From IMG/VR virus record IMGVR_UViG_3300028027_000002, positions 1 through 64,000 of that record: a stretch of 64,000 nt of DNA. One strand, written 5' to 3'. The DNA is from a virus. The translations under genes were made by a program, and so were the position numbers. Below are positions 6,093 through 15,791 of the stretch, one piece after another. The notes under the pieces were generated by a model. The model was not told the DNA's origin, did not search any database, and saw only the letters and a list, made by a program, of their open reading frames with translations. Every line of letters begins with the position of its first letter. Position 1 is the stretch's first letter.

Positions 6093-6109
6093 TCCTTGTT
6101 TGTAAGTTA

Positions 6110-6319
6110 CTACTCTTCGATGCGGTCTAATTCCCACATACGAAGATCTGTCATTCCTGATCTAATTTCTCTAGACTGCTCTGGACTGTCAGCAACAACA
6201 ATTAGTTCTGCATTAAATGCTTCTCGCTCTTCTTCTGTTTTGAAGAATTCTCTTCCTGCGTTTTGAAGATATAGATCTTCCATAGGCTGCATAGCAACCT
6301 TATATATGTACTTAGGCAA
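6110..6319 (-). CDS. Hypothetical protein
   Basis: ORF in minus-strand operon, TTG start. Confidence 0.65.
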   Translation of the reverse strand: MPKYIYKVAMQPMEDLYLQNAGREFFKTEEEREAFNAELIVVADSPEQSREIRSGMTDLRMWELDRIEE

Positions 6320-6497
6320 TTACTCCAGCCTCCTTTAGTTTTTTGTATAGATTTGCTGTAATAAAAGTAAGTGCTGGCTGACTCTGATCGATCTGCTTCT
6401 TAGTCTCTTCTTCGTTTAGGCCATTGTTCTTACACATTTCTCTATTATCCGAATTGATGCTATCTAGCATGAAGTCGATAATTTCTTCTTTGTTCAT
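6312..6497 (-). CDS. Hypothetical protein
   Basis: ORF in operon. Confidence 0.7.
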   Translation of the reverse strand: MNKEEIIDFMLDSINSDNREMCKNNGLNEEETKKQIDQSQPALTFITANLYKKLKEAGVIA

Positions 6498-6501
6498 TTT
6501 T

Positions 6502-6708
6502 TTACCATCTCTCTATTGGACATTTTGCTTCTTGTAATGTGGTCTTTAGTTTCATAAAGCATCCACACTTCCTACACTTTTGAAGTGATTTTTTAAACCA
6601 CTCACACTCATTACATATTTTTAGGCGGGATTCAATGAGTTCACGATTTGATCTTGGTTGATTAGGATCAAACAAGTCAGTAAACTTAACATCATCACTC
6701 ATTTCCAT
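6502..6708 (-). CDS. Small Cys-rich metal-binding protein (DUF6171-like)
   Basis: CxxC...CxxCGC...CPxxxW; paralog of 14181..14426. Confidence 0.7.
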   Translation of the reverse strand: MEMSDDVKFTDLFDPNQPRSNRELIESRLKICNECEWFKKSLQKCRKCGCFMKLKTTLQEAKCPIERW

Positions 6709-7469
6709 TCCACCTCTTGATCATATGTAACCGAATACTCGCCTCCGAATATCTCAGCATAAGATATGATATCTCTATTATACCTTATAACGGTATTGAC
6801 ACCAACTTTATCGCACATGTACTTCATACCCTGGACTAGTGGCTCAAAAGCCATCTCCTGGCCTGCTAGGGCATTGTTTAGGGTATCTAGGTATCTTTCT
6901 TTGCCGTATCTTTTAGATACAAATGCTTGGTCTACATATTCAAATCTTGCATCCCTATCATTATCCCTTGCAATGTCCGAATTGTCTGTTATGTACTTTA
7001 CTGCAGGATGATCCATCCGTGTAGACCAGTTTCGCATGTTATCGCTGTATTTCTCCATGTTCTTTAGAGTTGAGTCAGCGAAAGCCATGCGTATAAGGTC
7101 TATATCGGAGGTTTTAACCTCTGTTGCGAAACTTATCAAAAAAGCGGTTGCATATGGAAACTTGTCAGTATATGTCGTCACGCCGAAATGAACATTAGGG
7201 TTAAACGACTCGACTGACATATTGTCGTCAAGCAAGCGCATATGATTTCCGAGAGATACATACTCTTGTCGATTCATATCGCAGTCAACGAACAAGCATT
7301 CTTCTGGATTGATTCCGTCGGCGAGACATAAAATATTTTTGTCATATGAACCAACTATTTTCGAACCGTTAAAACGCTCTAATAATTTTGCGGTCATAAA
7401 ACCATCCATGTCGGGGGATATAATTAAATTTTTAGAATACTCAAGTGTTTCGAGTATGGCTGTTTTCAT
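6699..7469 (-). CDS. DHH-phosphoesterase-like protein
   Basis: IISPDMDG, FVDCD and GNH motifs resemble DHH motifs I-III. Confidence 0.4.
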   Translation of the reverse strand: MKTAILETLEYSKNLIISPDMDGFMTAKLLERFNGSKIVGSYDKNILCLADGINPEECLFVDCDMNRQEYVSLGNHMRLLDDNMSVESFNPNVHFGVTTYTDKFPYATAFLISFATEVKTSDIDLIRMAFADSTLKNMEKYSDNMRNWSTRMDHPAVKYITDNSDIARDNDRDARFEYVDQAFVSKRYGKERYLDTLNNALAGQEMAFEPLVQGMKYMCDKVGVNTVIRYNRDIISYAEIFGGEYSVTYDQEVEWK

Positions 7470-7501
7470 TTTTGTAAAATACCCCTTATAATAATCTAGT
7501 T

Positions 7502-7771
7502 ATGACAATCCAAGACTGGGCTTCGTTAATCGTCGCAATACTTACAATTGTATCATCAATCGGTCTATCTATCAAGTGGATGGTAAAACATTATTTAAGC
7601 GAACTTAAGCCGAATTCTGGATCAAGTTTAAAAGACCAGGTTTCAAGATTAGAAAGTGCTTTGGACGAACAAAGAATAGATTCTGAAAGATCAAGAGATA
7701 GACAAGAAAAGAAACTCGACGAAATGTATAGAATTTTAATTGAGCATATTGCCAAAGTCGATAAGAATTAA
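7502..7771 (+). CDS. Membrane protein, N-terminal TM plus coiled coil (holin-like)
   Basis: TM segment, then PNSGSSLKD and heptads. Confidence 0.55.
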   Translation: MTIQDWASLIVAILTIVSSIGLSIKWMVKHYLSELKPNSGSSLKDQVSRLESALDEQRIDSERSRDRQEKKLDEMYRILIEHIAKVDKN

Positions 7772-7972
7772 TTCTCCTATATACTATATATAAGATATCT
7801 TGTAAATACAAAACTTAAAGATAGTTCTTCTTTCTTATATATTTTAAGTATACACTATCCGACATCCTGACTATTAAGACTTATTATGACAAAACGGACA
7901 TTACCTATTATAACAATTTTATAACTTTAAATATCACTGTCCGAATTGTACTGATATGATATACTTTAATCT

Positions 7973-8028
7973 GACTAGTACTCTGGTTTGTCTCTCATAC
8001 CCACCAGCCTGAGTACTAGTCTTTTTTT
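7973..8028 (+). ncRNA. Putative stand-alone small hairpin RNA
   Basis: TGATATACT promoter 7957-7965; 11-bp stem GACTAGTACTC/GAGTACTAGTC; T7 tail. Confidence 0.5.
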
Positions 8029-8044
8029 ATGGTATAATCTCAAT

Positions 8045-8425
8045 ATGAGTCTTTGTTCACCTGAGATATTTGGAGCAGATCCTGCTCGAATCAAATGGAA
8101 TATTGTTAGAGGAGATACCTCTCCGCTTCGTGTTGAGTTTTTAGAAGATGACGAAGTAACATATTTTGATACCTCTGATTGGACCTTTGAGGCTACTACA
8201 TATGATCCTCAGTCTGACTTTCTTGATTCCCTGGAGGTTTCACGTGGAACAGGATATGTAGATATTATGGCTCCAGCATCTATTACTCAATTTTGGGGTA
8301 CTGGATTTAAGTCAGTTGTAACAGAATTAACATTTGATCTTCAAGTAACTATTAATGAAGAAACAATATGGACACCTTTGATTGGAACTATCTCTGTAAT
8401 AGGAGATATTACAGGTAGCCTATAG
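8045..8425 (+). CDS. Virion structural protein, BppU-N-like beta domain
   Basis: IVRGDT motif shared with 11047 and 17707 proteins; leaderless start at 8045. Confidence 0.6.
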   Translation: MSLCSPEIFGADPARIKWNIVRGDTSPLRVEFLEDDEVTYFDTSDWTFEATTYDPQSDFLDSLEVSRGTGYVDIMAPASITQFWGTGFKSVVTELTFDLQVTINEETIWTPLIGTISVIGDITGSL

Positions 8426-8511
8426 TGGCAGTCATAAAAGTAACAACTCCAAGACCTGAGTTGCCACCAGTAATTAAAATTAAGAACAAAGTATTTAAAG
8501 TAAATAAGTGA
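8425..8511 (+). CDS. 28-aa basic micro-protein (MAVIKVTTPRPELPPVIKIKNKVFKVNK)
   Basis: GTG overlapping upstream TAG; fills the intergenic gap exactly. Confidence 0.5.
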   Translation: MAVIKVTTPRPELPPVIKIKNKVFKVNK

Positions 8512-8523
8512 TATAATCTAGTC

Positions 8524-8796
8524 ATGACAACTCACGCCCTTACAACTCTTAGTAGCACTTCTGCTACTCAACTAACTCCAAACGGAATGCACTCTGGAAT
8601 GGATATTACAATTCAAAATGTAGATGCTTCTGCATATGTATACCTTGGAGGAGAAGGAGTGACAGCATCTAGTTACGGATACCGTCTTGCTCCTGGATCA
8701 GCGTGGTCTGTTGAACTACCACCGCTTGATGCACTGTATGCAATCACAGATACAAACAACTCTAAGGTTGCATTATTTAAAATGGGACTTGAATAA
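8524..8796 (+). CDS. Small beta-rich putative virion protein
   Basis: ORF; leaderless promoter 8509-8517. Confidence 0.7.
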   Translation: MTTHALTTLSSTSATQLTPNGMHSGMDITIQNVDASAYVYLGGEGVTASSYGYRLAPGSAWSVELPPLDALYAITDTNNSKVALFKMGLE

Positions 8797-8798
8797 TC

Positions 8799-10289
8799 AT
8801 GGCACGTTTTAGTACAACAGGCGGTAGCGGAGACGGTACTCCAGGAGCACCTGGTGCCCCAGGAGAAGACGGAGCAGACGCTCTTTGGAATTATACTGGA
8901 GAATATAACGGTGGAGCATCATATGCCGTTGGAGATTTAGCAACATACGATGGACAACTTTGGTACCGTGCTAATGCAAACGGTGGAAACGTTGGAGACA
9001 CTCCTTCCCCAGGACTTTGGAACTTGCTTGCAGCAAAGGGTACAGATGGAACAAACGGCTCTAGTGGACTTGTATACTTAGGAAACTATATCTCAGGCAA
9101 TGGATACATTACAGATCTTGCGGTTGTAAGAGGAAGCGATAATAATTTATACATCGCAAAAGCAAATGGTGGTTTAGCAGATCCAGTTGGTAACACTGCG
9201 GAGTGGGATATATTCTCTACTAACACTGGTGGAGGAACTGCAAACATTGCAGACTTTGTTTTTACAAATGTTGATGATGGTGAAAGTTCAATAAGTCTTC
9301 CTGGCGACAAAGCAATGCGAATTGAAGCAGGAGTAGATAGCGATCTATTTTTAACTGCTGGAGATGATCTTTATATCCAAACTCTTGGCGCAGGAGATGA
9401 CATTCAAATCCAAGCAGCAGATGATATTCGTTTTACAACAAATAACGAAGATTCTGAGATTGGCATAGTTCCACAATGGACTATGAATTCAGAAGGCGAG
9501 TTCCACTTACCTGGAAATGGTATTATCTGGAATCCAGCAAACTCATCTGGTGATGGATATGGTAACGATACAATCCACCTTGTCCCAAACGATGTAGATA
9601 ATGAAACAGAACAAAGAATTATTATTGATCCAACTGCACCAAACCACATTCATATTCGTGCTGGCGGAGTACAAGATTATTCTTCTGCAGAACTTATTCT
9701 TGGTGGAGAACGTGCAGGAGTTAGAGTTTCTGACGCAACTGGAACCACCGTTGTTCAGTCAAAACAAGAAGACTACAGTTGGTCATATCAGAATGTAAAT
9801 AGCGAAGGTGGTCAGATTTATGTAGTAGCGACTGCAGATGCTGAACCAGATTATAATGACTTTACAATCATTAGTGGCCAGAAGTATGTAATTACTGACG
9901 TAGTTAGAGATGTACCAAATGGAACTACATCTTACGAAACTACGCCAAGTTTTGGCTTTATGCCATTTGATAACTATACTTTTATAAGAGATAGAGGAAA
10001 CCATGTCTGGAACTTTAACAGAGCAGGATACCTAAATGGACCTACAGAAACAGGTCATCTACGTGTCACAGGTATTATAAATGATGACGGTAATTTAGAA
10101 GTTTGGGCAGACCAAAATCTTATTATTAGTGGTGGAGAAAGTAATGGAGAGTACTTGCATGACTCATCTAACCCAGCAAACCAGATTGCAACTGTTGGCG
10201 ATTTACCAACGGGAGCAACAGGAACATTTACTTCTCAAGATAACAAAATAGTAACAGTAACTAACGGAATTATTACAAGCATAGTTTAA
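8799..10289 (+). CDS. Fibre/spike-like protein with CBM5/12-like carbohydrate-binding module
   Basis: SYAVGDLATYDGQLWY...W motif; short Gly-X-Y; C-terminal VTVTNGIITSI. Confidence 0.6.
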   Translation: MARFSTTGGSGDGTPGAPGAPGEDGADALWNYTGEYNGGASYAVGDLATYDGQLWYRANANGGNVGDTPSPGLWNLLAAKGTDGTNGSSGLVYLGNYISGNGYITDLAVVRGSDNNLYIAKANGGLADPVGNTAEWDIFSTNTGGGTANIADFVFTNVDDGESSISLPGDKAMRIEAGVDSDLFLTAGDDLYIQTLGAGDDIQIQAADDIRFTTNNEDSEIGIVPQWTMNSEGEFHLPGNGIIWNPANSSGDGYGNDTIHLVPNDVDNETEQRIIIDPTAPNHIHIRAGGVQDYSSAELILGGERAGVRVSDATGTTVVQSKQEDYSWSYQNVNSEGGQIYVVATADAEPDYNDFTIISGQKYVITDVVRDVPNGTTSYETTPSFGFMPFDNYTFIRDRGNHVWNFNRAGYLNGPTETGHLRVTGIINDDGNLEVWADQNLIISGGESNGEYLHDSSNPANQIATVGDLPTGATGTFTSQDNKIVTVTNGIITSIV

Positions 10290-10310
10290 AAGCCGTGAGA
10301 TAATCTAATT

Positions 10311-11039
10311 ATGGCTGCTTCTAAATCTATGGACTTTCCAGGTGCAAAAAAATCAAGTTATGCTGCACAAGTAGAACAAAGTCAAGCATCTCCATATCAA
10401 GAAAATACTCTTTCCTTCCTTCCTGTCCCTGGACCAGTAGGGCCACAGGGACCCGCAGGTAGAGACGGTAAAGATGGAAAGCAAGGACCTGAAGGACAAG
10501 AAGGAAAGCCAGGTCCAAAAGGATTACAGGGTCCATCAGGCAAAGATGGCCTAAGTTCTTTATCTTCTTCAGGTCAGCAAGCAGGATGGGCTTCATACCA
10601 TAACAAACTAGAAAAACCTTTCAAACTTGGTATTTCTGAAGGAGAAGATGGTTGGGTAACAACTTTTGTTTTATCTGAAGAACTGTCAAACGAGAAATAT
10701 CTTCCAAAAGGCTGCACACCTCTTTGGAATGACCATGCCAGAGCATTTAGTTTTAGGGGATTAAAAGAAGGCGCTCAAGTATTTATAACATACAGTTTTG
10801 AACTAACAACATATAGTAGCAATACTGAGGCATGGATTAGAACCTATTCCCAAAACAGTGATTTAGATATCTCTCAGTTTATAGGATCAATGAAATACCA
10901 GCACACATATCCAATAACTGTAACACAACAGGTATTTATTGAAAACCAGAAAATCTGGGGTAACGGAGCAGTCCCTCAAATTAGAACCGACTATGATGCA
11001 TCAGTAATTCTCAAATCTATATATGTCAGCGTGGTATAA
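10311..11039 (+). CDS. Collagen-like (Gly-X-Y) virion protein
   Basis: GPVGPQGPAGRDGKDG... repeat. Confidence 0.75.
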   Translation: MAASKSMDFPGAKKSSYAAQVEQSQASPYQENTLSFLPVPGPVGPQGPAGRDGKDGKQGPEGQEGKPGPKGLQGPSGKDGLSSLSSSGQQAGWASYHNKLEKPFKLGISEGEDGWVTTFVLSEELSNEKYLPKGCTPLWNDHARAFSFRGLKEGAQVFITYSFELTTYSSNTEAWIRTYSQNSDLDISQFIGSMKYQHTYPITVTQQVFIENQKIWGNGAVPQIRTDYDASVILKSIYVSVV

Positions 11040-11046
11040 TAAAACT

Positions 11047-11931
11047 ATGGCATTTCCAGGAGAACTCAATATAAATTACTACAAGGGCGATACCCATGAA
11101 TTTAAGGTATACCCTCAAAAAACTGATGGGTCTATTTTTTATCTAGACGACTACAGTAATGCTACTTTTACAATTGCTACAGAGCGTGGATCTTCTCCAA
11201 CTCCAAATACATTGATGCCAGAAGGCAGAATATTTGGAAGTGCAAGAATTTCATTAGATGGAACAAATATAACCTGTGCAATCACTCCTGAAAATGGAGC
11301 AAAGATGGAATCTGACAAAACATATTTTTATGATGTTCAGGTTTATAAGCAGGGTTCAAATACTTATGACTATGTATTTACTATCTTGACTGGATCTATA
11401 TCGGTAACAGACGATGTTACTCAAAATATTGGAAATCCTAACAGAGCAATTCCTACATATAGGGTTATTTATCACAATACAGACGCAACAAGTGGAGAAG
11501 TTCCAGTAGATACAAACGAATATCGTCCAAACCAAAATGTTGTTGTTGCAAACAATGGAACACTTGCAAGAGTTGGATATACTTTTGCTGGATGGACAAA
11601 GTTTGCAGATAATACGGGTACTGTTTATACTTCAGGGTCTTCCATACCTATTTCAACATCAGACATAAAACTTTATCCTAAGTGGCTACCACCAACAGTT
11701 ACCTATGACAATCAAAGCGCAACAACAAGTCAAGTTGGAGGATCAACATCTTATATTCCACAATCAGCAATTTTATCAATTCCAACAACAGCACCAATTA
11801 GAACAGGTTATGTATTTGGTGGATGGTTTACTGGACCAGCAGGTTCTGGAGTACAGGTTACAAATAATTCTTATACCCCTTTATCTCCATATGATCCAGT
11901 TACACTTTATGCTAAGTGGACGGTAGCATGA
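11047..11931 (+). CDS. Virion protein: BppU-N-like domain plus two Listeria/Bacteroides (InlB B-type) repeats
   Basis: YYKGDT; RxGYxFxGW...LYAKW twice; leaderless start at 11047. Confidence 0.7.
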   Translation: MAFPGELNINYYKGDTHEFKVYPQKTDGSIFYLDDYSNATFTIATERGSSPTPNTLMPEGRIFGSARISLDGTNITCAITPENGAKMESDKTYFYDVQVYKQGSNTYDYVFTILTGSISVTDDVTQNIGNPNRAIPTYRVIYHNTDATSGEVPVDTNEYRPNQNVVVANNGTLARVGYTFAGWTKFADNTGTVYTSGSSIPISTSDIKLYPKWLPPTVTYDNQSATTSQVGGSTSYIPQSAILSIPTTAPIRTGYVFGGWFTGPAGSGVQVTNNSYTPLSPYDPVTLYAKWTVA

Positions 11932-12515
11932 CAGAAGTATTTGTATCAACTGACGATGTAAAAGTTATTGGTGGCACAGCCAATGTAAATGTTGAAGTTG
12001 ATTTTGGTCCGCAGGGAGATAGAGGAAATTTATTTTTAGTGGGCTATGGAGATCCAAACGGTATAACCCATTCTACAGAGGTGCAAGTTTTAGATTTATA
12101 CATAAATATAGAAACAACCGATGAAAAATATTTGATGATCTATCAACTACAAAATGTCAACGATACAGAGCAATGGGAAGAAGTTTCTAAATTAACTACA
12201 GATAAATATAGTACGATAAGAGATGTTGCATTTTTAAACGGAGTATCAGAAGATAGTGAAGATTTTAAAGTTTCAAACATAATCCCAGCAAGCCTTTTTA
12301 GCACTGTCTCTGAATCAACATTTAATATTCAGTGTACATTTTCAAATCCTACAAAGCCAATTGCCCACTCTATAGTTGTTAAGCCAATAACCACAGAGCC
12401 AGTAAGTGGTGATATTGTGTTGCCAGTAAGCATAAATGCTGCTGAATTTTCAGGAAGTAGTTGGTCTGGACTAAGTGGAACCCATAAAGTGCATTTCCTA
12501 ATTACGGTGGTATAA
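11928..12515 (+). CDS. Putative virion structural protein
   Basis: ORF; ATGA overlap; GPQGDRG. Confidence 0.65.
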   Translation: MTEVFVSTDDVKVIGGTANVNVEVDFGPQGDRGNLFLVGYGDPNGITHSTEVQVLDLYINIETTDEKYLMIYQLQNVNDTEQWEEVSKLTTDKYSTIRDVAFLNGVSEDSEDFKVSNIIPASLFSTVSESTFNIQCTFSNPTKPIAHSIVVKPITTEPVSGDIVLPVSINAAEFSGSSWSGLSGTHKVHFLITVV

Positions 12516-12534
12516 TCTAAGATGGTGATATGTA

Positions 12535-14154
12535 ATGGCTGCTGAATATATTGATGGTCCTCTAGATGGCAATGGGCAATACCCAACCCTTATTCCTGGC
12601 TATGAAGATGCGGCCGATATACAAGAGGCTTTAAGACTTTACCATTATGGATCAACAACCATTCCTACAGATAATACCCTTGGAACAGCAAATGGTATAA
12701 ATACAAAGTCTATAGCAGGACACCTACAGTCCTTGTCAAACAGAATTTCAACAGAAGTAACTGATAGGACTAATGCTGACACAAACATTCAAAATCAAAT
12801 TAACAAAATGTCATCAGTCATTACAAAAGGTACAGATTTTACTTTACAGATTGAGGATATATCAAAAACAATTTTATTATCAACAGCAGGAAGCATAAGC
12901 CTAACAGTTCCCGTAAATTCATCTGTAGCAATTCCAGTAGGATCTAGATATATTTTAATTGAAATGGGCTCAGGAATAACAACTTTTACACCTGCAGTAG
13001 GAGTAACAATTAATAGCAAAAATTCACAACTATTTATTGATGAACAGTATGGCCAAGTAACTTTGTTAAAGGTTGCAGAAAATTCTTGGGTTGCTTATGG
13101 AGACATATATGAAGGAGGGCCAGCACCTACACCAGTTGCCCCAACACCTGTTGCTCCTACTCCAACCGCTCCGACACCTACAGCACCTACTCCAACGGCT
13201 CCTACTCCAACCGCTCCGACACCTACAGCACCTACACCAACAGCACCTACACCAACGGCTCCAACACCAACGGCTCCAACACCAACGGCTCCAACACCTG
13301 TTGTAGTTACTTGTGGAGACTGTGAGTCTTATACAACAACTTCTTCAACTTGTAATGGAGAAGATAGTTATGTAGGTATTTATACTGGAACTAGAAGAAC
13401 ATGTAGCGATGGATCTTATCAAATTTGTACAGAGCCAACCTTTACTTCATTTGGTGATTGTATTGCAGTTAATGTTGGTGCTTGCGGAGGTTCTGGTGGA
13501 GCGGGAACATCCTGTACAGCACCAACACCCACCGCTCCTACCCCTGTAGCATTGACATATTGCCCTTCACTTGGTTACAATGTTCCAACAAGTGGTTACC
13601 CAGGAAACTGTCCTGGAGCATCTCCTACACCAACTGCTCCTACACCAACTGCGCCAACACCAACTGCGCCAACACCAACTGCGCCAACACCAACAGCGCC
13701 TACACCAACTGAAGGTGGACCATATTGTAGAAATGAAGTAAGAATAGTTCCTCAGTCACAGTGTATAGCATATCAAGGAAACTTTACAGTTTGCTACTCT
13801 GACCCAGCGTATGTAAATCAAACATCTGCAACCTTTGAAAGTTGTGTTGGCAGCACTCCAACACCTGTAGCGCCTACACCAACCGCTCCAACACCAACAG
13901 CACCTACACCAACCGCTCCAACACCAACAGCACCTACACCAACCACATATACCTGTGCTGAACTTGGCGAACAAGGAACATGGCCTGATTGTTATCCAAT
14001 AGGAACACCAACACCAACACCAACAGCACCTACACCAACAGCACCTACACCAACGGCGCCAACACCTACAGAGCCTACACCAACTGCGCCAACACCTGTT
14101 TCACCAGACTTCTCTCCATTCTTCCCATCCTTTACAGTACCAGGGGCAGTATAA
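12535..14154 (+). CDS. Pro/Thr-repeat (PTAPT)n fibre-like protein with Cys-rich modules and C-terminal [12 protein letters not shown]
   Basis: Five PT-rich blocks; domain shared with the C-terminus of 21154..23262. Confidence 0.8.
   Translation: MAAEYIDGPLDGNGQYPTLIPGYEDAADIQEALRLYHYGSTTIPTDNTLGTANGINTKSIAGHLQSLSNRISTEVTDRTNADTNIQNQINKMSSVITKGTDFTLQIEDISKTILLSTAGSISLTVPVNSSVAIPVGSRYILIEMGSGITTFTPAVGVTINSKNSQLFIDEQYGQVTLLKVAENSWVAYGDIYEGGPAPTPVAPTPVAPTPTAPTPTAPTPTAPTPTAPTPTAPTPTAPTPTAPTPTAPTPTAPTPVVVTCGDCESYTTTSSTCNGEDSYVGIYTGTRRTCSDGSYQICTEPTFTSFGDCIAVNVGACGGSGGAGTSCTAPTPTAPTPVALTYCPSLGYNVPTSGYPGNCPGASPTPTAPTPTAPTPTAPTPTAPTPTAPTPTEGGPYCRNEVRIVPQSQCIAYQGNFTVCYSDPAYVNQTSATFESCVGSTPTPVAPTPTAPTPTAPTPTAPTPTAPTPTTYTCAELGEQGTWPDCYPIGTPTPTPTAPTPTAPTPTAPTPTEPTPTAPTPVSPDFSPFFPSFTVPGAV
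13120..14100 (+). repeat. 15-bp coding tandem repeats (PTAPT) in five blocks
   Basis: Seen in DNA and protein; synonymous variation between units. Confidence 0.9.
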
Positions 14155-14180
14155 AGCGGGAGTTGGTGTATAATTAAAGT

Positions 14181-14426
14181 ATGACAAGCAGAATAGAAAA
14201 AATAAAAGAAATAATTGAAAACAACAAAGCCTCTGAAGTAAGTCCTATGGACTTGTTTCGATCCGACACTGTTTGGGCTGATGAGTCTAAGGCCTCTGAA
14301 AGATATGATATTTGCAAATCTTGTCCAGAATTAATAAAATTAACAAAACAATGTAAAAAATGTGGTTGCCTTATGAATAAAAAAACAAAGTTGGAATTAG
14401 CAACTTGTCCTCTAGGCAAGTGGTAA
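14181..14426 (+). CDS. Small Cys-rich metal-binding protein (DUF6171-like)
   Basis: CKSC...CKKCGC...CPLGKW. Confidence 0.75.
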   Translation: MTSRIEKIKEIIENNKASEVSPMDLFRSDTVWADESKASERYDICKSCPELIKLTKQCKKCGCLMNKKTKLELATCPLGKW

Positions 14427-14427
14427 T

Positions 14428-15009
14428 ATGAAGGCTCCATATTTATTAAAAAATGTTTTGCCACCAGCAGAACATAAAGAGTTACAAAACCTAACAATGA
14501 GTCTTTGGTCAACAGATAAAACTACTTTTGATGAAGGATTTGGAAGACATCAATGGGCAGTTTGGGATGATACTCATAAAGAAAACATAGAACCACTCAG
14601 AAGGTTTCATAAAATGTTATTACCACTAGCAAGAGAAGAGTTTGAGTCAGAAACCCTTTTACCATCTTGGTGTCTTATAAGCATTTACGAAGGGGATAAA
14701 GCCAGACTGTGGAAGCACAAAGACGACAATGCTTGTACATATCACATGAACTATACTATTTTCCATAAAACCCCTTGGGATTTTTATGTCGAAGGAGAAA
14801 AGTTTCAGCCAGAAGAAAATGACATGGTTATTTCTTATGGAAACGATCAAGAACACTGGAGAGAAGAATTTCCAAACCCAGAAACAAACCTTGTTGCAAA
14901 TGCTTTTTTCTTTTACGTAGAGCCAGACCATTGGTTTTTTACAGAAGGACCAAATTATCTTTACACAAATATACGTGCAAAGAAAGATGCAGAAACTAGT
15001 GTAATGTAG
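14428..15009 (+). CDS. 2OG-Fe(II) oxygenase-like protein
   Basis: HKD...C, distal HWRE motif. Confidence 0.7.
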   Translation: MKAPYLLKNVLPPAEHKELQNLTMSLWSTDKTTFDEGFGRHQWAVWDDTHKENIEPLRRFHKMLLPLAREEFESETLLPSWCLISIYEGDKARLWKHKDDNACTYHMNYTIFHKTPWDFYVEGEKFQPEENDMVISYGNDQEHWREEFPNPETNLVANAFFFYVEPDHWFFTEGPNYLYTNIRAKKDAETSVM

Positions 15010-15011
15010 TT

Positions 15012-15791
15012 ATGAATAATGGACTGGTCTATTCTATAGTAATTGATGAAAAATATGATATCGAGCAACATAATTTGTACAGACAACTGTCTCACTCATT
15101 GAATACTTTGAGAAAAGTAAATAAAGATATAGGCGTAAAAGTTTACTATTCTTATAAAAAGGGATTGCCAGAAAACCACGACATCTATTTTCCAGAAGAC
15201 CTAAATACAGAGTTCATACCTTTTGAAAATAGCGTAAGCCCATCTTGGCATCCATCATTTTGGAGCGTAGACATAGTTGAGCATAGATGGGTTAATGCTT
15301 TTAAAGGATTGGAAGATTTTAATTTCGACAACATCCTTACTATGGATACAGATACTGAGTTTTTTAGAGATCCAGAAGAACTTTTTAAAAAATATGGGAA
15401 CACAGAATTTCTTTGGAGCAGAGAAGACAACTGTGATGATTTAACAAAAACATTAAGAATATATCCTGCTATAAATGATGGGGTAAGCCTTATTAGCAAA
15501 AATATTTTAAAACATAGATACCCCTGTTTGTTAGCAATGAAACAATATATTAACTATACTTTAGAAAAATATAAAACACTTCTTTCTGAAAAAGATTACC
15601 GTCAGTTGCCATGGGTAATAATTCCGTATTCAGTATATGACTACTTTCATCAAAGAGACATCAATAGATATTTTGATAAAGATGATGTATTAATGCATAT
15701 TGAAGATAGAAAAGACACGCATGTTGTTCGTCATTATTTTTCTTCAAATGCTTCAAAGTTTCTTCCAAAATGGTTAGGTGGTACACAGTAA
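15012..15791 (+). CDS. Glycosyltransferase-like protein (GT-A fold)
   Basis: ILTMDTDTEF DxD motif, INDGV, terminal HY. Confidence 0.6.
   Translation: MNNGLVYSIVIDEKYDIEQHNLYRQLSHSLNTLRKVNKDIGVKVYYSYKKGLPENHDIYFPEDLNTEFIPFENSVSPSWHPSFWSVDIVEHRWVNAFKGLEDFNFDNILTMDTDTEFFRDPEELFKKYGNTEFLWSREDNCDDLTKTLRIYPAINDGVSLISKNILKHRYPCLLAMKQYINYTLEKYKTLLSEKDYRQLPWVIIPYSVYDYFHQRDINRYFDKDDVLMHIEDRKDTHVVRHYFSSNASKFLPKWLGGTQ

Noticed and set aside
13073-14177. Alternative-frame ORFs over the PTAPT repeats
   Set aside because: Shadows of the 15-bp repeat
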